DNA of 64,000 nt from Vicugna vicugna (lineage: Eukaryota). Where the stretch lies: contig MU058198.1 of the NCBI GenBank assembly GCA_013265495.1, positions 1,066,419-1,130,418 on the forward strand, written 5' to 3'. Positions 1-12,300 of the stretch are shown here, piece after piece (the first letter of the stretch is position 1; each line of letters begins with the position of its first letter). The position numbers were made by a program, and so were the translations under genes. The notes beneath the pieces are model-generated. The model saw only the letters and a program-made list of their open reading frames with translations, did not search any database and was not told the origin of the DNA.

Positions 1-94
1 TGCTGAGGTAGGTATTGCTGTTCCCATTTCACAGATGAGGAAACTGAGGCTCAGGGAGTTAACATCACTTGCTCGGCGTCATATAGCTTGGAAG
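1..94 (-). mobile_element. MIR SINE fragment
   Basis: MIR core in reverse: cccatttcacagatgaggaaactgaggctcag. Confidence 0.85.
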
Positions 95-320
95 AAAACA
101 CTCTCCAGGTTAAACTGAGAAGAGTGTCTATCAAAGGAGCTATTAAGGCAGCCTAGTTGGAGGAAGAAGTCAAATCATGACTGAAGAGGGGCAGTCAAGG
201 CATAGCTGGGGAGGTGGTGCTTAGCGTAGATGGTCAGGTGAGCCGAAAACAGGAGACCTAGAAGCCTGGAGGGCTGAGTGCAAGGTGGAGCTCAGTGGAA
301 GGAATGAGTGAGAACAAGCT

Positions 321-372
321 TGTGTGTGTGTGTGTGTGTGTCTGTGTCTGTGTGCCTGTCTGTCTGTCTGTG
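321..372. repeat. (TG)n / (TGTC)n microsatellite
   Basis: (TG)10 followed by degenerate TGTC units. Confidence 0.95.
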
Positions 373-929
373 CACATGCATCCCCACACCTGCCTTTCTG
401 GTGTCCCCTTTGCCTAGATCAGATGCAAGAATGGGAATGGAGACTAGAAGGGATCATACAGTGTTGATGGACTGGATGATCAACTGTGTTCCCAGTGTGC
501 TTGGTTTAAGGACACACTCTGTACTTGTGCTTCTAAATTGAGACCCCTGTGGTAAGGAAGATTATGCTCGGGCTCCTCTCACAAGCCCCCTGAAAGCTGT
601 TCCTTCTTTAGCTGCTCTGCTGCTGGGAAGCTGGGATAGTGATTTCAGTCCAGCCCTGTTGGATTTCCTGTTTACTCTCGCCTGTTCAGCTCAGTTACAG
701 CCAATTAGCTGACATGGAAGCTGCTTGCCCAGTTCTGGGCACAGGATGGTCTCTGTTCCATCCTTCGGACAGTCTGTGCCAGATCTTCTGCCCTTCCAAG
801 ATTTCAGTTGATGTTGCTCCCCTCGCTTTCCTTTTGTACAGGACCACCACTTCACAATCAATGGTTTCATTTTCTGTGCTCCAGCCACGCTGAACACATT
901 TCGGTCCTCCGAATGTGCCCGTTGTCTCG

Positions 930-1250
930 GGCTCCAGGCCCTTGCCCGTGTGGGTCCCTCTCCCCGGAACACTCTTCCCTCTCCCCCACCTCTGTCCTGG
1001 CTAACTCGCCCTCCAGGTCTCAGCTAAGACAGCACTTCCCTCAAGAAGACCTTCTGATGCTGGCAGGCTGAGCAGAGAGCCACACTCTTGTTTCCTTATC
1101 ACTCTGTGTCCACACCAGACCCCCAGTCACGGCACTTACTTATTATCATCCCTAAGTGGTAACCGTGATTGCCTGGTTTCCTGTTAGCCTGCTCTGTTAG
1201 GTGGTTAGCATTAGGAAGGCACAAACTCTATTTCTTGTATTTGACGTGTG
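930..1250 (+). mobile_element. L2 LINE 3' region fragment
   Basis: cctggctaactc..ccaggtctcagct..acttccctcaagaagaccttctga resembles the L2 3' consensus. Confidence 0.55.
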
Positions 1251-2454
1251 TCTGATTTCAGTTTTTGAGATGCGACTTTGCAACTAACCAGTTATTGATA
1301 GTGTTGGCATTTTTCATTTAAATGCAGAGCAAAGTTCCAAAAACCCCATAAGAAAGATTTGCCTACACTTATGTGAAATGAATGGTGCCCACTTGGTTTA
1401 GTTTGATGAAACTTAGAAATTTCTCTTTAAACTGTCTTGTTCTGACATCTTTTGAGTTATAGGAACTTGTCTTCTGTTGAGATGTAAACATTCCTGGGAG
1501 GATTTGTCAAGTCATTTGTTTGAATTAGTTTTTCTCATTGGTCCCAAAGCAGGCTGACTATAAGGGTTATCAAAGGAGCTTTGTTTTGTTTTGTTTTAAA
1601 CATAGATTCCTCTGTCCTATCCACAAAAAAGTCTGATTCAGTTGGACTCCAGAATGAATGGGTCATTGGCACACTTTTACTCAGCCAGCCTCTTAACACC
1701 CATAGAACAGTGTATTCTGATGGTAATTTACAGGGTTAGAATCAGTCACAGAATCTACCTTATCACTGATTTACAATTAAATTAATCTCCTATGAAGAAG
1801 ACTATGGGTTGATTCCATCCACTCTCATTCCAGCTTCCCTCCAAGATGCTTTTCTTACTGGAAAGATAGAAACTACATCTCCCAGAGAGGGTTTCTGAAA
1901 ATCAGAGACTCTTGTTTGAAGCTCAGATTCAGTACTGAGTTAGGCAGGGACAAAGTACGTGCACAGCAGAAGCACCTTGAATCTACAGCTGCGGATTAGT
2001 ATGGTGGAAGTGGAGGTTCCTTTGGGGCTCAGTTCTTGGTGTGGCTTTGGGAGTCACTCCAAGATGCTCAGTCTAGTGTCTGTTTCTTTACTTCTCCTGA
2101 CGACTCTAAAATCCATCACTGCACAAAGCAATTAAAAAGCTCCAAACCCAAGAGATTTATGCTTTAATAGCTGGGTTATGTTCTCTGCAACCAAACTCTA
2201 GAAAATGACCTAACCATTCTAATTCCGATCTCAGACTTTATTCCACGTCTGTATCATTGACAACTTGGGGGCCTTAGGAAAATGACATCTATGCTACAGG
2301 GTCTTCTCTCCATGAAGTTTTGACCACTAAACAGACTGCAGCATGACTGCCGAAGGCCCAGAATGTTTTGCTTCCTTTATGGTTCCCCATCTTAGACGAA
2401 GTTCCAACAATGACCTGTCTCTTTCCTTTCTTGAGCTTTTAACATTTTATCAGG

Positions 2455-2795
2455 AGTCAACCTAGAGTCTGGTACAGCATAGGTTCTTACAAACAATTGT
2501 TGAACGAGCTAATTAAATAATGAATTAATGAGGGAGTGGATGAATGAGTGAAGGAGGGAGCAATGCATGTGAAATGGTAACACAATGCCTGGTACAGAGT
2601 GCAGCTCAGTGAATAAGTACAGAATAAATAAAAATATGAACGAACTGATGATGTGTTAGTACAGTGCTAAGTACATAGAGCTTAGTACAAAGTAGATGCT
2701 CACTAAGTTTTTCTTGAGTGAATTAATGAATCACATCTATAAGTCTAGCATGGAGCCTGGCCTATAACATTTTAAAATAAATGAATGAATGATAA
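2455..2795 (+). mobile_element. Tandem L2 3'-terminal fragments (about 4)
   Basis: Repeated degenerate 'acagtgcctggcacatagtag..aataaat..tgaatgaatga' termini. Confidence 0.6.
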
Positions 2796-3009
2796 TGTCC
2801 TATACCTGTATGGATTCTTTCCTCCACCCCCTCTGCCTCCACTCCCTCTTATTCACCCTGGCCAGGTTCTCATCTCTTGCCTTGGAACCTTCCTTGGCCC
2901 TAAGCAATCTGTCCCCATCCATTAATCTGTCATCTGTCAGCCAACTTCTGGCTCAACCTCAACCAACATTTTCAAATATCCATATTCACATACTTTACAA
3001 AAATGAGGA

Positions 3010-3230
3010 GATGAATAATAATGGATGTTGCCTGCTACTTACCTGTTATCTCTTAGGCACCTACTAGGCACTTTCTGTGAATCATCATAAGGCTTCACTA
3101 TAGCATAACTCTCTCCAGCTTTCAGATGAGGAAACTGAGGCTCAGAGAATTTAAGTATCATGTCCAAGGCCACATAGCTAGTAAGTGGCAAAGCTAAAAT
3201 TCAGACACTGGTCTCTTTAATGCCTAAGCT
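3010..3230 (-). mobile_element. MIR SINE
   Basis: cagatgaggaaactgaggctcagagaatttaag..ccaaggccacatagctagtaagtggca. Confidence 0.9.
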
Positions 3231-3319
3231 ACTGGTTTCTCCCCAACCTGCAGATTGTGTAGCTATAAAACAGATGTGAAACAGACCCACATTTGCATCT
3301 GAATGCACATGCATCACAT

Positions 3320-3532
3320 TAGGGTCTTTCAACAGCAGCTCAGTGGCATTCTGGACTGAATAATTCTTTGTTGTAGGGGGCTGTCTTGTGTGTAGGATGT
3401 TTAACAGCATCTCTGGCATCTGCCCACTGGATGCTAGTAGCACCCTTCACCCCAATTTTGACAACTTGAAGTGTCTCCAGATATTGTCAAATGTCCTCTG
3501 GGGTCTAAATCTGCCCTGCTTGAGACAAACTG
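3320..3532 (-). mobile_element. MER20 (hAT-Charlie MITE), near full length
   Basis: Reverse match to MER20: ataattctttgttgtagggggctgtc..aggatgtttaacagcatc..tgtctccagatattgtcaaatgtcc. Confidence 0.9.
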
Positions 3533-3867
3533 ATCTATAAAATTGAAGAGGAAGTAGTTCAGCATGTTTGGGATGTTGCCAGCAGAGAAAAGCACTTAGA
3601 AATGACAGGGCCCCAAGATGGCCAAGACCTAGGGTTGGCTGATGACCAGATTGCCTGGGAAGTCCTTTCCAGGAATTCGGGGTCAACCTGTCTCCTGTTG
3701 AGACATGGGAACACCATGTGAATTCCACACCACATGTGAAGTCAGGGACTAGGGTAAGTAGTGGGGTGTGTTGGGGAAACTGGTAGACTGGGAGGGGGCA
3801 CACAGCTCCGGATTCAGGCTCATGACTAGCTCCTTATGTGCCCTTGGGCTGGTCTCAATTATCTTAT

Positions 3868-3995
3868 AACAATACTAATATTTATTGATGGCTATTATGT
3901 GCCAGCCCTGGTCTTAATGCTTCATAGGTATTTTCTCATTTAATCTCTGTGACAACCCAATAAAATAGCTACTCCATTCTTGTGGGTAAGGCAAC
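3868..3995 (-). mobile_element. MIR fragment
   Basis: tttattgatggctattatgtgccag..ctcatttaatctctgtgacaaccc. Confidence 0.7.
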
Positions 3996-4219
3996 ATATG
4001 ATGGAGTCAGAAGTGTAAAATGAGATGTTGGAATAGCTTATTTCTTAAGTGTCTCCCAGTCTGAAAATTCTAGGATTCTAGGCAGTCGTTGATTTAACCT
4101 ACATGTATTGAGCATAAATATATGCTAGACAGTATGGGACATGAATCTTCTCCAGAAACTTATGGTTCTACGACAGGGGAGAAAAGACAAGCACATTTTA
4201 ATTTAAAAATTTAATTGTA

Positions 4220-5150
4220 GGGGGTGGAGATCAAGATGGCAGAGTAGAAAAATGTGAAGCTCACCTCCTTCCACAAACATATCAGAAATACATCTACGTG
4301 TGGAACAATTCTCATAGAGAACCAACTGAAAAGCTGGCAGGAGATCTCATACAACCAAAGCTGCAAGAAAGATCCTCATGTAATCAGAGAGGATGAAAAG
4401 TGAAAAAGAAAAAAAAAAAAGGCACCGGAATGGATCTGCGTCCCTGGGAGGGAGCTGTGAAAGAGGAAAGGTTCCCTCACCCTGAGAACCCCTTTTGCTG
4501 GCTGGAATGTCCACTGGGACAGATAAGGAGGTGGAGTGGCCTGGACTTGGCTTGAGAGGAATGTGTGGGCAAAAACTAAATCAGGGCAGCGAGAGACCAG
4601 CACTGATGGCTGCCACGTCACCATACTTCCCAGCCCAAACCACACAGCCGCTGGTGTTGAAAGTAGGGCTTCAGCAGACAGACCTGGGGAGGGGACTCAG
4701 TCTAGCTGTGTGGCAACAGCCTGAAGGGACTGGAGCACGATCTGCCCTGCTTTGCTGGTGTGTGTAAGGCAGGACTGGATCCACTAGAGGAGCCCCACCG
4801 GCGGCCTGTGAATTGTGGGGCATGCCTCCGGTGGTGCAGGCTCTGTGAACGTGCACACGCTGGGGGAGAGGGGCTGATACCCAAGTGGGTATTCAGTGCT
4901 CCCTCACTGGGGGCAGGTCTGGAGGCAGCTCCAGCTGGCTTGCACACCAGGTGATAGATGGCAGCACAGAGTCACAAGTCCCCAGTGGACAACACCTGGG
5001 GAGGAATTTGCAGTGACTCCTTTCCTGGCATGAGCTCCAGTCTCACCTACCTCTAGTCTCACTGCAGCTTAGAATGAATCTGGGGACTTCGATTCCAACA
5101 ACTGGGGTGCATACCCTGCCCCGACAGGGCTGTGACAGCCACAGAGCAAA
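4220..5150 (+). mobile_element. L1 5'UTR (cetartiodactyl-type) with the body of the element missing
   Basis: Starts gggggtggagatCAAGATGGC (YY1 site 4232-4240), then aaatacatctacgtgtggaacaattctc and ctgggagggagctgtgaaagaggaaaggttcc; TT/AAAA-type site just upstream. Confidence 0.8.
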
Positions 5151-5295
5151 GAGAGAGACACCTCAGAAGACATCAGCCCCACTGATACGTTGATCTCGGT
5201 TTTCTAGATCCCAGTACTGTGAGAAAATAAATGTCTGCTGTGTAAGCCCCCCAGTCTGTGCCACTTTGATACGGCAGCCCTAGCAAGTTCATACA
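5150..5295 (+). mobile_element. MLT1B-like MaLR LTR, 3' part only
   Basis: ctgtgagaaaataaatgtctgctgtgtaagccccccagtctgtg..ggcagccctagcaagttcataca. Confidence 0.85.
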
Positions 5296-6519
5296 GTGCG
5301 GCTCCAGTTGACTTCTTCACCATTTGGGCATCTGGTTTGTGGTCTGCAGGTGGATCCCTTCTCTGCTCAGTAATCCCCAAATGACGGCCCCTCCCATCAT
5401 CCAACAGTCCACCGTGGGAATGTTCTGGTGCCTGCTGGTGCAGGAGGGGGCTGAAGCAGCCCTCCTTGTTCCCTCCTTATTCTGGAAACAAACTTGTCTG
5501 CTTTCCCCAAACTGGACTCTGATGGAAGTTTGAGCAGTTCTTCGCTCAAGGATTCAGATTCAGCTGCTAAGTACCAACTTACATAGTGTCTGGGGCAGCT
5601 GGACCTTGGTCTAACCATCTCGGCCACAGGCACTGCTCAGAGCATCCTGGGGTCTAGACTTTGAAGTACATTGTGGATGCTCCCCCAATCCCAATGCTCT
5701 CCTTTCTCTCCCACCCCTCCCTGGCCCTCGCCCTGTGTCCCCTTCCATACAGAGCACCCCAGCCTTCCTGTCTTCCCTCCCGTTCTTGGATCCAACCCCC
5801 ACTCCACCCAAATCTTCAAGTCTCCATACTGATGTCTGGCAAATTTCCAGCCTCAGGTTCTGCCAGTCAAGGGCTCTTCTCTTCTACCTTGGTTACTGAT
5901 GTCTGTAGAAAGCAGTTCCAATCAGGGCCAGCTGGCTGGGCTGTGGGGACGGCAGTTTTTCCTATAGATAGATTACAGCATCTTCTTCTACTCTCTGTTT
6001 CTGCAGCTGGTTGTTCCCTAGAGTATTTAAAATAAAACTGATCTCATCACCCTAAGAATTAATTTATTTCCAAAACACACCCCTGCCACAGACACATTCT
6101 TCTGATCTGCATGCGGATTTAATATTTCCCCTATTAACATAACTTTTATTTACATTTATTTCTCATAAGCTTATAACCTGGCTTCAATATGTTCTCATGT
6201 GCCGCATTCTTGCCCAGGGTTAAATCGTAAATCCACTTAACTTGCTGGTGAATGCTTATCCCAAGTTCCATTTGTGTTGAAGCCTAGCTGGTCATATACT
6301 GGTGGCCATATGGTAAAGTGACCATAATCCACCTGCCCTGGTGCAAAGAGCTTCAGAACTGAGAGGGGAGAGAATAATGAAACAGACATCCAAGAGAAGC
6401 AGAGAAGAGTGACGAAGATGAAAATATTTTCTTAGTTCCAGGTCATATTCTGGTTTCTGTTTCCAGAACCTTCCTGCCTTTGGGTGGCTGTGGCACAAAT
6501 GGATGTCATCCTGGGTGTA

Positions 6520-6972
6520 GTGTCTCGCTTCTGTAATAATAGCAGAGCTCCCGGTTTTGGTATGGTACATGACGGCCCGGATTAAAGGCTACGTTTTTCA
6601 GCTTCCCTTGCAGCTATGTGCGGCCATGTGACTATATTCTGACAGATAATGTGTGAGTGGAATCAATGTATATAACTTCTGAATTGTGCTCTTAAAGCCA
6701 AGTATTGCTTCTTTCACTCACCTTTTCCTTCTCTCTGCTGGCTGGGTGGTAGATGTGATGGTGAGTTAGACCACATGGGTGAGAACAATACCCAGGCATG
6801 GCAGAGCAAAAAGATGGAAGGAGCGTGGGTCCTGGACGAGACAGAGGCCCCTCACAGGCTTGGCCTGATTATATCTGGGCTATTATAAGGGAGAAAAACA
6901 GCTAACTTGTTTAGGCCACTGTCATATTGAGATTTTAGTACATCGGTGAGATCTAGAGCCACCCTGATTATT
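6520..6972 (+). mobile_element. Old MaLR LTR (MLT1H-J class)
   Basis: cagcttcccttgcagctatgtgcggccatgtgact..atggcagagcaaaaagatggaaggagcgtgggtcc..ttgtttaggccactg. Confidence 0.75.
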
Positions 6973-9164
6973 GCAAGTCGTCTTTTTTTGTGGCAGGGGA
7001 GGAGGTGGGGGGGGGGGTCCTGGCCACTAACTGTCTCTTCTTGCAAATTCTTCAACTCAATCTGAAATAAGAGAGCCCACATTTCCTTTCCCAGTCACTC
7101 AAAGGAGCAGTAAAGCTGGGGGTGTCACAGCCATGCTTCCTCTGGGTGGAGGTTCATGTGAATGGGAAGAGTAAAGCCAGCCTTCAGAAAGAAGCAGAGA
7201 GAGATTCAGAGAGGCCTGAAGCATTTGCACTCCCATGCTTTCTACTGTTTGCTTATGTGGCCCCCTAAATCGCTCTTTTAGGACTAGACTCATTAAAGTT
7301 CAATGTCTTTCTTCTCCTGAGCTACCAAGAGTTCTTGCTGACTCCCATAAGCCAGCAGACATTTCCTCTGCCCGCACCTTCCCCCGCCCCCCAATGTTTG
7401 CTGGCTTTTGTTTTTTATTGCCAGCTACTGATGAGTAATAGAAAGGGAGCCAGTGGTGGAGTTTTCAACCAGATGGCAGATGGGTCAGAGCTGCCTTTTA
7501 GGATACTCACCACGGGGGTGGTGGAGGTGTTTAATGCAGGGTTGAATTTCCAGCAGCCAGATATGGGCAGAGAGAATTCTGCAGGACCCTGTGTTTTTTC
7601 GCCTAAGTGCCTAATCTTCTTCATTTTCAGACTAGGACAGTTCGTCTCATTCTCCTGGGATCCTCGAAGGCCCAGACCGCAGCTGCTGCCCCTTCCCAGA
7701 GAACGGTCTATGAGTCACCCTCACCCTGAGGCTGGCTAGGAGGCGTGGGAATAAGGATGCATCTCAATTCAGTGATAAGTCACCGAAGCAGAAACGTTAA
7801 GTGAATAACGTCACCAGCACCCAGCTCTTAAGTGGGAGTCCGGGTCTTGAGAGTAGCTGGAAACCTTAGCTCCCTCATCTGCCAAACAATCTCCGTCTCA
7901 CAAGATTATTGCAGAGCTTAATCGAGACAGTGTATGTTAAGCAGAATGCCTTGGTACATTCTCGATAAATGGAAGGTGCAATTATTTTTAAAATTATGAT
8001 TCCTACTAGACAACTCCCTGGGCCCACTGGGCCCAGACACAGGAGGTTGGATCCAAGAGTTGGGAAGCAGGGCTGCGAGGCTGCCCAGCTCCATGCCTTT
8101 CACATGAAGGCAGTCCTCAATGGAAGCCCCACTGACTGCAGGCTTCAGCCCTCAATAGCGATCAGAGAGAAGGGGTCCTAAGGGCGACCACTTTATGGGC
8201 TTCTCCCAACGAAACAAGCATTTCCCTCTTTTGTGGGAGGCAAAAGCATCTTAGTCTCAGAGATGCCCTTTCCCCAAGGCAACCGCAGCTTTGCTTCTAG
8301 CAGGAAGCCACCTGGGGGCCAGGCAAGCCTGACACGCTTAGAGCTGCCTGCAGGTTCTTTGAAGCTGCAGCTGCAGCTGCTCCCTGTCTGTGCTGCACCC
8401 CAGCTGGGCCCTGGACAGAACTTTAATTAATGCTAGAAGCAGGACACCGAGAGCCGCATTTGGATTCTTCCTGGCGGCTGAGGCCAAGTCTCAGGTGCTG
8501 TGGGGGGAATCTGCCTAGGGTCACTCCCTACGGAAAACCTCCGACATTCCACATGGCCCTCTGGGCAAAGGCCAAACTCCTTACTGTGAGGAACAAGTCC
8601 CCACGTGTGACAGCCAGTGGGCTGTGGTGCACTGGTGAATTCAAATTTTCCATAGGAGGCCCACCGAAATCAATCATTGTTTTTATGGGAGCATAAACCA
8701 AGGGGCATGTTTGAAGAACAGTAGACGATCACTCTGAGGAGAATTTGTAAGCTGAAGATGAAGGCTGAATGGCCCAGGACGGAGGAATTTTGAGGCCGTG
8801 TAGGGGGAGAGAAGAGAGATGAAGTGGTTGGCAGGGGTGAGGGACTCGGGCTGTTTCTGGGGGAAACTGATCATGTTTCCATCCTATGGTATGCAGTTTA
8901 ATCTGCCTTCCATATGCTTCCACCAAATCTGGAGGAAGCCACCCATTCTTATCACCAGGTTGTGGAGTGGATTTATTTTGGGGATGTGCTGAAGTGCTTA
9001 ACTTGATGCCTCCCTGTGGATGCGATCTGATCTCTGGAGGTTTCCTTTCACATCTGGTTATGTGTGCAGTTTTTTCCTGCCACGACTTGGAATAACACCA
9101 CAAAGGGAGGTACTTCTAGGATCAACAGTGCTCTGTGGGTATCTTGCAACACGAGAAGGGAATG

Positions 9165-9275
9165 ACCTTAAATGTAAGCTCCATAAAGGTAGAGCATGTC
9201 CATCTTATTCACTGCTGTATCCTCAGTGCATAGAACGGTGCCTGGCACAAGTAGGTACTGAATAATAATTGTTCT
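9165..9275 (+). mobile_element. L2 3' end
   Basis: tgtaagctccataaagg..ttcactgctgtatcctcagtgc..tgcctggcacaagtagg. Confidence 0.85.
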
Positions 9276-9382
9276 GTAATCTGCTCCATTTACCTCTCCT
9301 GCCTCTTCTTCTACCTTGCTCTACATGCTCTGTGCTTTAGCTCCACTTCTAGCTTCAGCTCAGAATGTACCCCACTTTATAA

Positions 9383-9900
9383 CTCATTTACTCATACATT
9401 CATTCAGCAAGTATCTACTGAGTTCTGGTTCTGTGCCAGGCATTGTGCTAGAAGCTGGAGGTATTTGGTGAACAAAACGTGACATTAACACACCAGCAGG
9501 TAGAGAAAGCATCAAACCAGTCATTAATAAGTAAATACAAAATTGTGACAAATGCAATGAAGGGCAAGTATGCAGGGCTGTAAGATTATATTAAAGCAGG
9601 ATTTATTCCAGAGCGAGTGGCTGATACTTGATTTCAGCTCTGAAGGCCCCCTAAGCCACTGAAAGAATGAAAGAGTCTCAGTGTAGCTGGAGTGATTGAG
9701 AATTTATGTGAGGGGGGAGCTGTTTGGATATAAAGTTAGACAGGTCAGCCAAGGCCAGATCCTGCAGAACCTTGTCAGTCGTGTTAAATGTTTTGGTCTT
9801 TATCCTAGAAGCAATCGGGAGCCACTGAAGAGTTTTAAGTGAGGTGGAGATGTTTTACATGATCAAATTTGCTTCAAGAAAAGAGCATTCTGGCTGTAGA
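9383..9900 (-). mobile_element. L2 3' region
   Basis: cattcattcagcaagtatctactgag..tgtgccaggcattgtgctag..ggagccactgaagagttttaag. Confidence 0.85.
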
Positions 9901-11019
9901 GCTAACTTTGAGCTCCCTGCCACCCATCCCCACTCCACAAACCAGGCAGGGGCAATGCAATTACTTTGTTGGTGGTGAGGACAGCCACAGTAGGTGACTG
10001 AAATCTCAGCCATGTATTTATTGACTCTTGGCTGCTGTTCATAATGAACTCTCGGCTTCCCTAGAGGGGGCCTGAGTAGATTTGCTGAGAAGAGGAGGAA
10101 GGGGGGTACTGCGAGGGATGGATATAGGGCTCCGTGTTCTGTTCTCACATCTGTCTCCCTCTATTGATGCCCGCTGCCAGGATGATGTATTAGAATTCAA
10201 TAGGCCTCACTGGTCTTTTCCTAGGAAGGGAAGGGCTAGCAGGGGGAGGAGCTGGCCCCTCGCCATCAGTGAAGGGGGAAGTAGTTCAAATGAATCATTT
10301 TATTAACTAGCAGGAGGAACCCACAGTTGGTGTGAGGCCATTGTTGTGTTATTAATTCCAGTTCTCATCCCGAATGTTTAACCTTGGCGATTCTGGTGGT
10401 GCAGCGAGACCTGCAAATCCAAAGTCAAATGAGATAACCACGCATCACAGTCTCTCTGCTCCAGGAACCAAGGTGGAAAGCCTTTTGCTCTGTCTCCCTG
10501 GGATGTTGATTGCAGGAGTGGGAGCAACAACCCAGAAAAATTCGGAGGAGCAGGAAATGCTATATCCATCTTATCTCCTGCCCAGAAACAGCTATTATAA
10601 TGTCCTTTGCTGATGGAGGGTTTACTTGATACTTGACTTATATGGAGAGACAGAGGACATTTGGTTCAATCAGAATTGCTCTCTGGAAGAAAATGCTATC
10701 TTTGTTGGGAAAACATTTTGGTTGGTGTTCGGGGTTGAACTGCATTCTTGGAAGCACCTGGGTGGATTTCAGGGTTGTTCTGGGGAGAAGGGAGCGACAA
10801 GAGGGGAAGACAGCAAGTTCCAGGCAAGGTGAAGACAGTGATATGGTGGAAAGCCAGTTGCTTTATGATGTGATCCTTTGCCACGACCTGCCCAGCAAAT
10901 TCCCGGGAGTCCTCAAAAATCACTAAAGTGTTGGTGGGACTTGATTTCTCAGACACTGGCGAAGTGGTTGAGCTGTGTGTGGCGGGTATGGCCGGGCGAA
11001 ACCAAGCGGCTGCGGTGGG

Positions 11020-11150
11020 TGGAGTGCTCTCCTCTGGACCAATCACAATGGCCTGGAGAATGTGGAGCTCTGATTGGCTTGGGCCTGTGTCACGTGCTTT
11101 GTGGGTGGAAAAGGGGTGGAGTCTCACCCGAGCACGTGGGCCGAGAGCTG
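11020..11150 (-). mobile_element. MLT1K/L-like LTR 5' (promoter) fragment
   Basis: ggaccaatcac..ctctgattggc..gtcacgtgc..ggggtggagtc..cacccgagcacgtgg follows the MLT1K-type CCAAT/E-box segment. Confidence 0.6.
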
Positions 11151-11189
11151 TGTGTAAGGGCTCTTCACCCATGATAGCATTCTTGTGAT

Positions 11190-11280
11190 TTGCCTTCTCT
11201 GTGTCTCTTCTGTTTTTGAGTTCTCTCTTTCTCCCTCTCTCCCTCCCCCCCTCCCCGCAGCCCCTCTCTCTCTTCCCTGT
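11190..11280. repeat. Polypyrimidine low-complexity tract
   Basis: Almost pure C/T run. Confidence 0.9.
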
Positions 11281-12070
11281 TTCATCTGCTGTAACCACAG
11301 GTACCCATAACTGGGGGCTAATCTACATCAAGCCCAGTGCTACATAATTGACATAAGTTTTTCAATGAGATGAAGAAGGGAATCATTCTTACAATCCTCA
11401 TTTGCATATCATGAAACTGAGGCACAGAGAGGGTATGCCAGGTAGGTGCCACGTGATAGGGACGTACCAGCAAGATTTTACACCCAGGTTTGTCTGGCCA
11501 TTGTCCCTCCCGCTTCCCTCTGCTTGGGGAGAGGAACAGACGAAACTCCCCCAGGAGAGGAAATCTGGCTAGATTGGCTAGTTCCACCCAATGTGGAGAA
11601 TTCTGAGCCAGGACAGCACATTGGCCCCGTGGCAGCAGCTTATATGACCCAAAGCCCAGGGACTTGAGTGTGAGGAACTGCCTGTGGCCATTTTCTCAGA
11701 ATGATGAGGGGAGGGGAGTGTCTAGGGAGGCAGAGGGTCCTGGGACTCTGTCCTACCAGCCTCTAGGATACAAAGCTTGGCAACTTAATAGTCTCAAACC
11801 ACATTCTAATAAAGCCGGTCTGGCATCCTCACTTTGCAGATGGAAAACTGAGACCTTAGCGGGAATACGATTAGTTTTGGGGCAAGAGATCTCTGGACAC
11901 AGGTTCTAGGACTCTTTCTGCTACAAACGATTGGCTTCCAGCCTGAGCCCAGGAGAGAGAATTGAAATGCCACCTTCACATGCCTGAAGACAAGAGGAAT
12001 TTGTTAACTTTCTTCTTTCCCACCTGGCCTCACTCTTTCTACCCTTTCAAAGTTTTTAAGAAAAGGCTGT

Positions 12071-12103
12071 AAAAAAAAAAAAAAAAAAAAGAAAAGAAAG
12101 AAA
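12071..12103. repeat. Poly(A) / GA-rich run
   Basis: A20 then gaaaagaaagaaa. Confidence 0.95.
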
Positions 12104-12119
12104 TCCAGTCTCATTCTGA

Positions 12120-12300
12120 TGTTTTATTAACAGACTGCTGGTGCTCCAACAATTTTAATTAGGGCTGAATTTTACTATATTCAGACCTCAGGGAGTATCA
12201 AGAAAAGGGAGCCACTGAGCAAACCAGAAGATCAAATAAATAGATTAATTAAATATCACCACGTGGGCAGCTTGAGGCGCGCAGACCTGCAGCCCTTCCC
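12120..12300. promoter_or_regulatory. Candidate enhancer (repeat-free motif cluster)
   Basis: AACAAT 12148, TAATTA 12156, AGATCAAA 12229, TTAATTAA 12245, CACGTG 12260, local CpGs. Confidence 0.35.

Noticed and set aside
10055..10250. CTCF-like motifs
   Set aside because: Several mismatches at core positions; not supportable by eye.
10696..11298. 200-aa minus-strand ORF
   Set aside because: Starts in a low-complexity tract, crosses an LTR remnant and shows no recognisable domain.
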